Of a stretch of DNA of 64,000 nucleotides, positions 13,952 through 26,481 are shown one piece after another; the stretch's first letter is position 1, and the number at the start of each line of letters is the position of its first letter. The position numbers and the translations under genes are program-made. Origin of the DNA: Geosiphon pyriformis uo1. Its lineage: Eukaryota; Fungi; Glomeromycota. The notes under the pieces were generated by a model that did not search any database, was not told where the DNA came from, and worked only from the letters and a program-made list of their open reading frames with translations. The DNA lies in the NCBI GenBank assembly GCA_016748015.1, contig JAAOMT010000786.1:499814-563813 (forward strand), written 5' to 3'.

Positions 13952-15751
13952 ATGAAAAAGGCTGCTAAAGTTACTGGTTCTAATAATGGCTTCAAACCTG
14001 TTCTTTCAAGGAAAAAGAAGAGAGATAGTGTTTTAAAAGATAGCTCTGGTGGTAAAATTGTTAGTCCTAAGGTTCAGAACAGTCATTCATAAGGTTCAGA
14101 AACTGGTAACACCACTGAGTCTGATAGCATTGATATGGAGAAGAAATGTTTAGTGGAAGAAACAAGTTTTAATTATGATAAAAGTAGTGCTCTTGCTGAA
14201 AAAGATTCTAATTAGACACCTACTGGTTCAAAGGTTAAAACCAAAAAAGCATTAGGCAAGCCATTAGGTAAGATAAATTTTTTATCAAGCAATGTTGATA
14301 ATGATATTCTCTTGGACACTCCATTGGAACTCCTTCTACCTCTCAAAAATCTGGTCAATGTTTCTGTTTGCAAATTCTTTGCTTTGGATATTGGATTAGA
14401 CAAGGTGGTTGAAAAATCTTCTCAAGAAAAACTACAAGTAGTTAGGAAGTTATTTTCAAAAATCAATGGTTTTGGGAGGGCCTTTACCCCCTCAAAATTT
14501 GCTGGAATCATCAGAGCATTGTTTACTTCCAAATCAAGCTTGGCACAGACTTCCAAAAAGGCTGAAAAAGCAAAAATCCTGGTAAACACTGATCTCAAGA
14601 AGTCTTCTGGGTGCTCAGATTGGGCTGTGGTGGTGAAAAAGATTTCTGTTAGAACTTTGGCTGAGGCTGTGTGTGCTGTGCTATCTGAGTTTGGCATAAT
14701 TAAGTTGATCAAAATGCAATTGGTAGGGCTGTGGCAAAAAGCAATAGTTGAATTTAAACAGATTGATTATGCTGACTTGGTCACAGCAAAATAGTCTATC
14801 CTAATTGGGAAAGATGCAGTGCATGTTGCTAGATCTAATATGGACAAAGAAATCTGGAACACAAGAAATATTTACAGAGCTCTTTTGTATACTCTGTCAA
14901 TGGAGACCAATGCACATGATATTTGGGATTATGTCAATTCAGTGGGTGAGAAAACATGTGCAATTGATCATCATTCTGTAATCTATGCTCAGGCCAGATG
15001 TGCCATTGTTTGTTTTGAATCAGCTGAATCTTTGAATGTCGTCATGGACACTACTCTAGTTTTGAGAGGTGTGAACTTGTATTGGTTTTATTTGGGTTTT
15101 TCTAAATGTGCTAAGTGTGAGAAAATGGGTTATACATCATTGAGTTGTTCTGTAGGTGAAAATTTCTCTTCCAGAAAATCTTCTAGTAGAGCACTTTCAG
15201 ATGTGGATAAAAGCAGATTGGCAGCCATCTATGTCAAGTGTTCAGTTCCTATTGCTTGTCCTGTTACTTTTGGTGGAGTTTCTTAGGCAAAGATTGCTGG
15301 TGGATCTTTATTTCCTTTTCTATCTGTGCATAATGTTTTGGTCAATCCTGACTCCTTTTTGGAGATGAAGCCTACCTTATCTGTTGCAGTTGATATTGAA
15401 AAAAGGTTTGCTATTTTGGAAAGCAGTCTTACCAGTCTCATGGAACAGATTAATGAGTTGGCTAAGAAGTTGGATTCACTTGTGCTGACAGTTTCCCAGC
15501 CTAGCCCTAGATGTCAGCTGCCAGTAATCCCTCCATCACAGAATCAGGTAAGTGATATAATAATGGAAGAGGGGTCAAGTGTGGCCACTAGTGATAAGGC
15601 CGCTGCATTTCTGAAATCATCTTCTTTTTTGAATATAGTCAAATTTGAAAATATGCTAAAGAGTCTTTTTATTTTAGTTTTGAGTTTATCAGCTTGTCTT
15701 GATGGCTTGGTTTTGGCTGGTAGTGTACACCCCCAATCTCCTTCTCAATGA
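13952..15751 (+). pseudogene. LINE A ORF1 (600 codons, single frame with internal stops)
   Basis: The ORF-track pieces at 14312, 14819 and 15326 share the frame of ATG 13952. Zinc knuckle CAKCEKMGYTSLSC. Confidence 0.85.
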
Positions 15752-18700
15752 ATGATTTAGTCTGAAAAATTGCAACATGTAATGTTAGAGGCATGAACAA
15801 TCCTGCAAAGCAGGAAGACATTGTGCATTGGCATGTGAAATCTGAGAATATGATCTCAATTGTTACTGAAACAAAGTTGAAATCTGGTTATAGATCTTAG
15901 GTTATGAACAAGTTTGATGGTGTCAGAATTTTTTCATCTGGTTTGGACAAAAAGTTTCTAGAAGCTGGGGTGGCCATTATTATGAACAATTTTTTGGCCT
16001 GTCATGTTTCTAAAATTGAAAAAATTCCTGGTCGGGTTATTTTAGTATGTCTTCTATTCAAAAGTAAAATCTCAGTTACGGTCTTAGGTTTGTATGCTGG
16101 TACGTTTTCTGAAACTAGGTTTGGTCAAGCTTTAGAAGTCAACTCTTTTATTGCAAGGGCTCTGAACTCCAGTACTTTCATGGTCTTAGATGGCAACTTC
16201 AATGAGAATGATTCTAAGAAAAGTGCAAGTTTCAGGTTTTGTTTGGATTTGAGTTTAGCTAACTTGTTTAACACTCATCTGTTGGTCAGGGCTCCTACAT
16301 AGAACAATTTGAGAGGTGTCGAAAAAACAATTGATTACATTTTTGTCAATAATAGTTTGTTTTCAGTGGTTGCTGATCAGATTGTCATTTCTGTTTCTGA
16401 TTATTTTGACACTAATCACAAAGCTGTTATGGTGTCTGTTGGTCTGGGTGGGCTTTTAGATGTACATTTAAATGGTTTGCACAAGCAAGCTAATAAGAAT
16501 TGATGAAAGTTCAAGATTGCAGATGCAGATAGTCCTAAATGAACTCGTTTTAAAAAGTGTTCTTTGGTCAGATTTTCTTCTATGATTAGGGAGTTTTTAG
16601 TCATTAGTGCTAATGGAAATTTCGATTCTATGTAGTCCTTGTTAGTGAAAATGTTGGTCAATTTAGCAGATAAAACATTCTCTAGACATCGGTTTTGTGA
16701 AGTCAAATGTTCTTCCAACAAACAATCTTCTAATTTTTTTAAGCTAGAACTGCTGGTTGCTAAAGTGGTGAAGTCTCTTCAGTTTGGTAATACTTCTAAG
16801 TCTAGTTCTCTTCTCAATACTTGGTTGAATGCTAATGAAAATAAGGCTCTTAAAGTTCAAAACATGTTGAATAGTAGTGTTAGCAGTGCAGATATTTTTG
16901 CCTGTCTGTTCAGATTTAGAAAAAGTTACTATTGTTCCAAAATGCATAAAGTTAAAGCTGCTAAAGCTGCTACAATTAGACATGCTATTAATAAGAGAAT
17001 GGAAAATTTTTGCATAGACAAAGGCAGCATGATCAGAAGTATTTTAGATAAACTTTTTTACAAGATGGTTTTTGACCATTTGGTAGTAAATAGTGAACTT
17101 GTTTTGGATTCCAGCAAAGTTAAATCCAAAGTTGATGTGATAATGGAAGAGTGGACCAGAAAACAATCAGCATCTACACTCCTCTTTATTCTTTGGGATC
17201 ATTAGTATGCCCCTTTGCAATATATGGATAATGATGCTTTCTCTAGTATCATGGATGTTATTAGTTTTAACAAGCTTTCTTAGGTTGCCAGATGGGAAGA
17301 CTGCTGGTCTTAGTAGTATTCCTAATAAATTGTGGAAACACTGTGATAAGATCATTCTCAGAAGTTTGTTGGATTTTCTGAATTTATGCCTAAAGATGGA
17401 CAAGATTCCAGTTTTGTGGAGGAGAGCATGAGTCTTTATAATATCTAAACCTTATGATTAAGATGGTGTTCTAACAAACACTCACCCTATTGCTCTATTA
17501 GAAACTGCTTGCAAGATCATTTCTAAGATCCTCTCAGATCAAATTTCTCTTGTTTGCAGTAAGTTTGGTGTGTTGTGTGAGGATAATTTTTCTATTCTTC
17601 GAGGTACCTCTATACAGTCTTCTATTTTTGCTGTTGGCTCAGTTATGGAAGATGCTTTGGAAAAAGGCAAAGAGATTTGGTTAGTTTTGCAAGATATGTG
17701 TAAGACATATGACTCAGTTGGCTGGCACCATTTGGAGACTAGTTTGTGGCACATTAAAATATGTGGCAGGTTTATTGAATTTTTTGGTGGAATTCATAAA
17801 GATAGATTGAACTATGTTATAACAGATTTTGGTCTTTCAGATGGTTACCAAGTACTGAATGGTCTTAATCAAAGCAAAGTGTTCTCTCTTTTTTTTTGGC
17901 AAATCTTCTATAACCTCTTGCTGTGTGAAATTAAGAGACAGGAGAGCATATATGGTTATCGAATTAATACCAAGTATGTGGCCAAATTAGACAGGATAAA
18001 CAATATGGGTGGAATGACTTTTTTCTTTGCAGCTGGTGTTTTTGTCGACAATACTATCTTGGTTGGGAGTAGTCAAGCTGCCACACAATTTATATTGGAC
18101 ATTGCTAGTGAGTTCTTTGCAATTAATAATATTTCAATTAATAATGACAAAATGGTGGCCATTTCCATCAACCAAAGGGTTCAAAAAGCTGTTTTCAAAA
18201 TCAGTGGGTTGCCTATTTTGATTGCTAAACATGATGTGTCTCATAAATACTTGGGTATATTCTTGTTGACTGATGGTTTATCCAAGCCCAGCTTGGCTAA
18301 AGCTTAGTCTGATGTCAAGTTCTTTTCCAATATGGTGTTTTGTAAAGCTATTTTAGACAAACAATTTGTGTATTTGGTGTTGGCAGTCCTTCAGCTCATT
18401 GTTAGCTATCATACTCAATTTAGTTTTGTGTCTTTTGCTGTTTGTCAGTGCTAGAATAGTCTAGTTAGAAAGGACTTCAAGTTAAAGGCTGGTTTGTTTC
18501 AAGATTTTCCAAATGAGGTGCTCTATTATCCTTTGTTTTATGGTCTAAAGATGTTCGAACAAGTTCAAGCTGAAAGAAAGTTTACTTCTGTTATGAGTTT
18601 TTCTAATTCTTCTGGGATTGTTGATTGGCTTTTTGAGCACCAATTTCTGGATTTGCAGATTTTGGGTTGGGCCCCTCTTAATTCTTTGCAGTTTCCTGTA

Positions 18701-20428
18701 AGGCTGCATGTTGGTCTTTCTAACAACTTTCTGGCTAGGATAGTGCATATTCTTTTAAACAATAAGATTTCTATAACAAACAATTTGCCTAATGCTTTTT
18801 TTAGTTCTGGCAAGTATCCTGTCTCTGGTGCCTTAGGATTTTCTTTGTACTATAATTGAGTTAGTTTTTTAAAAAGATTTGGTGTAGCTTTCTGTGATAG
18901 ACTTTTAGACAAACAAGATAAAGTCATGGATTGGCAAACATTTTGGCATTGGAAGAGGCTGGATCCCAAGGGACTTGTGTCTTCTTGATTTATGTTGGTG
19001 TTAAGATTCTTGCATGATAAAGTTCTTCTGACAACTCTATCCAATAGCAATTCTTTGGTAGATATCAATGATGTTTTGCTTTTGGATCAGTTTTTTGCTG
19101 TTAAGAATGGTTTGCTTGAAGTTTAGTCAGGTTCTATTTCTGTTTTCACGGATGGCTTTTTGAAGAGACTTGGTTCTGTTGATGTGGCTGAAGGTGCTGT
19201 GGTATTTTTTTCTGAGATTGGGTTGGGCATTGGGATTAGAGTTGTAGGTCTATTGTCTTTTATGATGGCTGAGTTGCAGGCTGTTGCCTTGGCACTGGAG
19301 TGTGTACCTTCCTCTTGTTCAGTAGAGGTGTGCTTGGACAGCCAAGCTGTCTTGAATGTATGTGTTTCAGAATCAAGGTCAGGTGGTCCTAATTTTTGTA
19401 ATTGTTGTTGGATGAAAAGGAGACATATTGCGAATTTAATTGTTCAAAAAGACATTTCTGTAAGCTGGTTAAAGATCAAAAGATACTCTGGTGTGCTGAA
19501 TAATATTTATGCAGATGTGCTGACATGCACTTCTGCTCATTCTTCTCTGTTTTTGCCAACTAATGTGCATAAATGTTTTTTAATGACCAATGGCATGCCA
19601 ATTTCTGGTAATGTTTGACACTTTGTTCAGAACATTTTTAGATCTGTAAATTACACGTGCTGGAAAGTTGGTTCTGGTTTTAAGATTCTAAGTGGTTTTT
19701 TGATTTGTGATGTTGACTGGGTTAATACCATGGCTGTCTGACATCTTGATTCAAGTATGCTTTCAGGTTCTATGAGTAGACATTCGGCTGGTTTGCACTC
19801 CTATTTTATAAAAGCAGTATATGGTAGACTGTCTGTTGTGGTTAGAAAGAGGCTTTATAACAAAAACTACCCTGAGGTTTTGTGTTTACAGTGTGGAGAA
19901 GTTGTGTTCTCTGATCATGTGTTTACCTGTGATAAGGAATCCATCCCCCATAAGAAGATTCTATTTGAGTGTGTGTTGACTTGAAGGTCTTTGGCTAGTT
20001 CTTGTCTTCCAGTTCCTTTTGTGATCTCAAGATCTCTTTTCTTGTGTGTGTCTGATGTCAGCTTGTATGCTTTTCTTTGTAAAGGTTTTGTGCTAACAGG
20101 ATAGTTTGAAGAAGCTGTGCAGATTTTTGTGGATCACAAAGAGACTGCCTGAGTTCTGGTTAACTTTGTGTGAAATGTGAGTGTGCATCACCATTCTGAG
20201 TTGTGGGGGTTCAGGTCTAGGTTTAGAGCTAACATAAAGAGGGACAATCTGATTGGTGACTTAGGGGTGTTGCCATTGGTGCATTGTAGCTCAGAATGAA
20301 GTTTATCAGATGGCATAGTTAGATTGATTGGTATTGATGATTCTTTTGGAGTGAGTTTTGGTTTTTATAGGCCTTGTTTTTTTTTTTCTGGTTTATTTAA
20401 TATGATATCTGTTCATATAAGTGCATAG
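15748..20428 (+). pseudogene. LINE A ORF2: AP endonuclease, reverse transcriptase, RNase H, C-terminal zinc finger; disrupted
   Basis: IATCNVRG, ETK, GNFN, IDYIF and TNHK (APE). LQDMCKTYDSV and FVDN (RT). FTDG, AELQAV and LDSQ (RNase H). CLQC...DHVFTC. Many stops, plus a frameshift near 17280. Confidence 0.9.
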
Positions 20429-23400
20429 TGTTGCTTTAATTAATCTGAGTAACTAGTCACATGTAGTAAATGCATGAATCACATCTAGTTAGAGTCCCCA
20501 GTTTTGACTCTGTATACTAGGTAGTGATTGGGCTGCACTCGTTAAATTTTAATAAAAAAAAATATTTTAAAACCAAATAATTCAAAATTTAATACTTAAA
20601 ATAATACTAATAATTAATATTTTTTTACTAAATATAATTTTTTAAAGTATTAATTTTGATAACAATAGTATTTGGATTTTTATAAAAACCAAAAATAATA
20701 ATTATATATTTTAATTGCCAAGCAAAATTAAAAAATAAAACAAATATAATTATGTACTTAAAAAATTAATTTATTAATTTTAGAAAACAATATTTTTTTT
20801 TTAATTTAATAAGTGAGATCCAAATACTGCCTAGTATGATACATCATACAAATGATCTAAACTAGATGTGAATCATGCATTTTCTATATGTGACCAGCCG
20901 CTCAGACTAGTCAGGACAACACTAGGCACTTATATGTACTGAAACCATGTTACTTATACCTGAAAAAAATAAACAAGATTTACGAAACCTAAAACTAACA
21001 CCAAATACATCTGCAATACCCAACAATCTAACTGCACTGGCTGAAAGCACCGAAAAAAAACCAGAGATTGAAACAGAAACAAAACCATCATGTAAAATCA
21101 TGCCACTTTTCTCCATAACAGTCTGGTGCTTAACATGCACTAGCCAAACATTATTATGAAACACAAGACAAAACTCATGTACAAAGGCCACAATATTCCG
21201 AGCCGCAATCTTAGAGTCTTTAAAAACAGCAACAGATTCACGATACTACTCCTTGAAAACAAAATCTTTACACAGAACTGCACCAATACTAACATTGGAG
21301 ATGCAAGTAGAAAGAAACCATGAAACACATAAAGAAAAGCGAGATAAACCTAAATGTGCTTCCCAAGCAGATGCATGAACTTCCACCAACCAAGCATGAC
21401 CAGCAGCATTAAATGGGCAAGAAAACACATGGTTTGAGACTTCAACATCTCTACAGAATAGACATATTACACTGGGATAACTCCTACTATAAAGATGCTT
21501 ATACACAGCAACCAGAAGATGATGATACAATGTCTTTATAAAATATGTCTGAAAGCCAGCAGTCTGAGCACTAGTGAAACCAGCAGCCAAATAAAAGTCT
21601 GAATGTCACACCAAAAAAGATCTAGACCAATCAACATTAGCATACAAGCTATCTACCAAAACCTAGAAACCAGAACCAATCTCCCAGCACACACAGTAAA
21701 CAGATTAGAAAACACCACAAACAAAATGCCTAGAATTACCAGACACTGCAGTACCACCAGCCCTAAGAAAATGTTCATCAATTATGTGAAGAAGATACAT
21801 ATTAGAGAATGCAGCAGCTCCAGCAAAAGCATTAGCATGCTCATTGCCCAAGACACCAGAGTGACCTCTAACTTTAACCCAATTAACAACCAAATTCTTA
21901 CAACAAATAACATTAGCAATGTGGTGATGCTTAATCCAATACCAATTCTTGAAATCCAGATGAGTCAACATGAATTCTGATTTGCATGCATCCAAAGCAG
22001 CCTGGCTGTCTAAAAACAAGTTGACCAAATGAAAAGGAGGAATGCACTTGAGAGCCAGAGCAATAGCCTGCAACTCTGCTATAGTAGAAAAAACCAACCC
22101 GAACATCCCCACACCCAAACTCAAATCAATGTCCTTAAAAAAAACAGCAGCACCAGCTTTCATACCAAGAGTACCCAGTCTGCTTAGAAAACCATCTGTA
22201 AACAAAGAGAGATGACCAGAATTAACCTCCAACAGACAACTGTACACAACTTCAAACTCATGAGACTCAAGAATGTTAGACAAACCAACATCTGGCAACA
22301 GAAGATTGCAAACAGAAGATGGTCCAGAATCATTCAGAAAGCGAACAGAAACATCAAACTAATAAGAAACTGGGCCTCAAGGGTCCAATTTTTTCTATTG
22401 CTTGAAAGTTTTCTATTTGAAAACAGAACCAGAACAATTGTGAAGCTGCTTAACAAAGGCAATTCAATAATGCTGAAGTGAAGAAACACATTTATAAAAA
22501 GTGAGCTTACCAAGAATAACAGACATAGGAGTTCTATTTTGAAAATGAAAAGCATTGGTCACAAGACCACCCAAAGAAAGATTACATCCAAAAAAAATCT
22601 GGACAATGCCAGCCAAAAAATTATCTGAAAGATTAATATTAATATAAAAAGGAAAAAGCAGAAGATGGTGAGAATGCCAGCTGAGAACCTACAAGTCATG
22701 TGATCTATGTGCAAACAAATGGCCCAAGATACCAACAGAATTGACAAAACTAACTACAGAAGCTGACTTGCCTTCAGCCTGAACCTGTTTGAAAGACTTC
22801 AAACCATACAGAGAAGAGTGGTGAATAGCATTATTAGAAAAGTTGTGTGGCAGCCAAATTTGGATTTTAAACCCTTGTGAATCATAGTGTCTCACTTTGC
22901 ATACACATTAATATAAACAAAACTGAACTGAGTTCTGTAGACAACAATAAGATGAAGAACCACCAACACCAAATATGAAAACTGTTTGTCAAAAACAGCC
23001 TTTCTTAGCATAAAATTGGTGAAAAACTGGATATTCAGATAAGCTCTAGCCAAGCTAGGCTTTGACAAACCCTCAGTAGACAAAAAAATACCCAGATACC
23101 AATAAGACTTCTCCTTCTTGACTATCAAAATAAGCAAACCACTAATTAGTAAACAAGAGTCAGAAACTTTGCAATTAATAGGAATGACCACCATTTTGTC
23201 ATTATTGATCGAAATGTCATTGATCCAAAAAAATTTGCTAGTGACATTGAGAATATATTGTGTAGTAATCTGGCTGCTACTAACCCAAATTGTGTTATTA
23301 ACAAAAGCACCTGCAGTGAAAAAAGAAGTCAAACCAGCCCAAGATTTAGAGCAACCAGTTTTGGTCATGAAATGAGAGTCCAACTTGTATCCATACACAC

Positions 23401-24046
23401 TTTTTTGTCTCTTGACTTCACACAAAAGAAGATCATAAAATATGCACTAAAGAAGAGGAGAAAACATCTCCCTTTAGTTCAAACCATTATGCACCTAATA
23501 TCTATCAGTGAACCCAAAATTTGTCATAAATCTGTTGACCTGACCATTGTGAATGTTACCAAAAAACCAAATGAACTTGTTACACATCTTTATTCTGACT
23601 AAACTCTCCCTCAGATGCTTCCAGCCAACAGAATTATAAGTCTTTTACATGTTCTATAAGACCAGTCACAGCTTATGGTTCTTTTCTAAGGCATTCTTAA
23701 TAACTAATCCAATAGTGAAAATAGGAGACTGTGTGGTCATATCTTTTAGAACAGAAAAATTATCCCCTCTGAGAACATTAAACTTACTACACACAAAAAA
23801 AATCCTGTTTAAAAAAATCTTGGAAAGGATTTTACGAGCTGTTTCAATTAAAACAATAGAACAGGTGTTCATAAAAACACCCTTCTATTCATACAGTTTG
23901 GAGATCATCAACACCCAAGCCTCCTTCTAAAGCCCAAGAACAGATTCACAATCCAAACAAAAGTTCAAAAGCACCAAAAGCATATCCAAAACCAACCTGT
24001 CACAATGTTTTTATAACTTATTTAAAATATCAAAAAAACCAGCTGC

Positions 24047-24923
24047 TGTTACGGGATGGTTTTCTTGTTATATTTAATTGCTGATATCCCATTTTAATTG
24101 CAATCAGTCTTTCGTGAGTTCCTCAATTCTATTTGTGTGATAATGTCACTGTTACACTGAAGGCTTTCTTTTTACTGTTGTGATATAAGTTATTCTTCAA
24201 TTCTTGATTGTTGTGTGTGTTTATGTACTCCTTCTTAGAGGCTGAACTGAAATCTACCCACTGTTTGGGGTCTTTTCTAAGGCTATCCTTGCAATTGCCT
24301 GATGTGTTTCTCTAATCTAGAAACACAGAATGTTAATGGTCTTTAGCACTTTTCTAATTTTTACAATAAAGCTTTTATCAATTAGTAACAACATGAATAA
24401 TCTTGATCAAGGATTATTCTTCCAAGGGATTCAGTTGATGAATAATAGTTTCATTCAATAAATAATACAAGTAAGTTTCTTAATACTTTGAATTGTGATA
24501 GTTCAGTTTTAAATATTCTTTTTCATTTCTTTTTGATTTTAAAGGTTTCTTGGGATATTTAATTTGAAAGTATGATTTAAAGTAGAGTTTGTTGGATAAA
24601 ATTGGATCTATTGCTTAATAAATTATGATTTTTATTACTTGATTGATTTTTTCCCAATATTAAAACTACTGTATATATACATGTTTGTAGTTCTACGAGA
24701 AAACACATTGTAATACTTTTTTTTTTGATATTTTAACCTGGTGTTTGCTGCTATCACCAGTTGGTATTGGCTGCTATTGTGAACTGGTGCTTGCCACTAT
24801 TGCGAGATGGTGTTTGCTACTATGTTAATTATTACTTTTCTAAGATTATTACTGTGCTATATTATGATTGAATAGTTTGTATTATTTTTATGATTCTTTT
24901 TGCTAAATTCTTAAACTATAACA
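24047..24923 (-). mobile_element. Solo LTR, 877 bp, 4-bp TSD CTGC
   Basis: Termini TGTTA...TAACA, with CTGC at 24043-24046 and 24924-24927. Removing the LTR and one TSD restores LPNEKAAG in the LINE B RT. The strand is inferred from the position of the repeats and the TATA-like motif. Confidence 0.9.
24739..24823. repeat. 23-bp tandem repeat (~3.7 units) inside the solo LTR
   Basis: TGGTGTTTGCTGCTATCACCAGT / TGGTATTGGCTGCTATTGTGAAC / TGGTGCTTGCCACTATTGCGAGA / TGGTGTTTGCTACTAT. Confidence 0.8.
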
Positions 24924-26481
24924 CTGCTTTTTCATTAGGCAGATTTGAGATGACACCAGACATCTCATTGAAATCAATTGAGCACATCAGAAAAAACATC
25001 ATCAAAAACATACTTCAAAGGCTAATATTGGCAATGTCATATATTAGAGACAACAGAAATCACATTGTACTTTCTAGTTCATCCTTCCATAATCATATCC
25101 ACTTTGGTTTTAACCAGATTAGGTTCCAAAACCAGTTTATTATCCACAACTAAATGATCCAAAGTCACTTTGCAGAAGAGACATTCCAATACACTCCTAA
25201 TAGTATGACCCTTGTCCAATTTGAAATTTTTCATCCTCTTATCTATTGTCAACCTAATTCTAGATTCCTTAATACATTCTGCTTCTGACATTTTGGAGGA
25301 ACAATACAACTTTCTAGTCTTAGACAAAACTGATTGAATGGCATCAAAAAAAAAATCTGACAGAAAAAAAAACTTCACCACAGAAGCATTAACTGAATCC
25401 AAACTTTTCCACTTGTTAAGTAAGAATGTAAATTCTCCAAAAGAATCCAAACAAAACATCTTAACTAACTTCAATACTAAGAGCTCCAGCTTGTAAAACT
25501 TGGATGACTCCCTAACAAAAACGTGATCATAGTCCTTGAATCATTTCTTCTTAAAAACTGCCTCAGTTGACAAACATAACACTTTATGAAGAACAACCCA
25601 CATTGCATCTAAGTTTGAGTGCATTCTGGTTGCAAAAAAATCACCACAAAACATAACAGCATTCGCCACCATATCATTCTTAAATTTGGCCCATTTAATA
25701 TCATCTGCATCTTTGCAATTATATTTCCAACAATCCTTATTTGCTTGTCTGTGAACAGAATTTAATTAGACATCAAGCAAACCACCTAAACTCACCAACA
25801 CTAAAACAGCCTGATGATCAATATCAAAGTATTCTTTAACATTAAACACGCCACAATTTATCACTGCATTGACCAAGTTCAGAGAAATGAACACATAATC
25901 AATTGTCTTAACAACGCCTTAAAAATTAGACCAAGTTGGCAACTTCCCACAAAAGCTCCCACCCAAGACATTAACCAAACCAAAATCCAGGCATTTTTTG
26001 AAACTTGCATACTTATGAGAACCATCTTTATTAAAATCACCTCCAAAAATAACAAAAGAAGATTTATTGACAGCCTTTACAATAAAAAAGTTGATATTGC
26101 CAGCCTGAAAAAACCAAGCCACCAAAGATGCACCAGTGTAAAGCCCCAAAATTGATACTGAAAGTTTATTTTTAAAAAGCAACTTAATAGACAGGAGCCG
26201 ACCAGACACTTCTGAAATTTTGCACACATGTCTCACCAAAGAAGAGTTCATGACAACTACAATACCAGCATCCAGGTAACCAGATTTTAAACCAGAAATA
26301 AATACCTGCACACCATTAAATTTGTTGACAATCCAGGGGCAAATCTTCTCTTTTAACTTTGATTCCATAAAAATAGAAACTAAATTGTCCCTTTCCTTAT
26401 GCCAATGAATGATATCATTCTGTTTTGCAGAATTGTTTATTCTTCTAACATTACAAGTTGCAACTTTCCAGATCCTATCAC

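Larger units (their letters stand above)
13817..20562 (+). mobile_element. LINE A: full-length L1-like non-LTR retrotransposon with RNase H (type-1 tail)
   Basis: The 5' end matches 28418 and 50208. Contains ORF1 and ORF2, a structured tail at 20429-20550 and poly-A at 20554-20562. Confidence 0.92.

Noticed and set aside
13800-20575. TSDs for full-length LINEs A, B, C and F
   Set aside because: Candidate duplications are short pure-A/T strings that cannot be distinguished from chance in these flanks.
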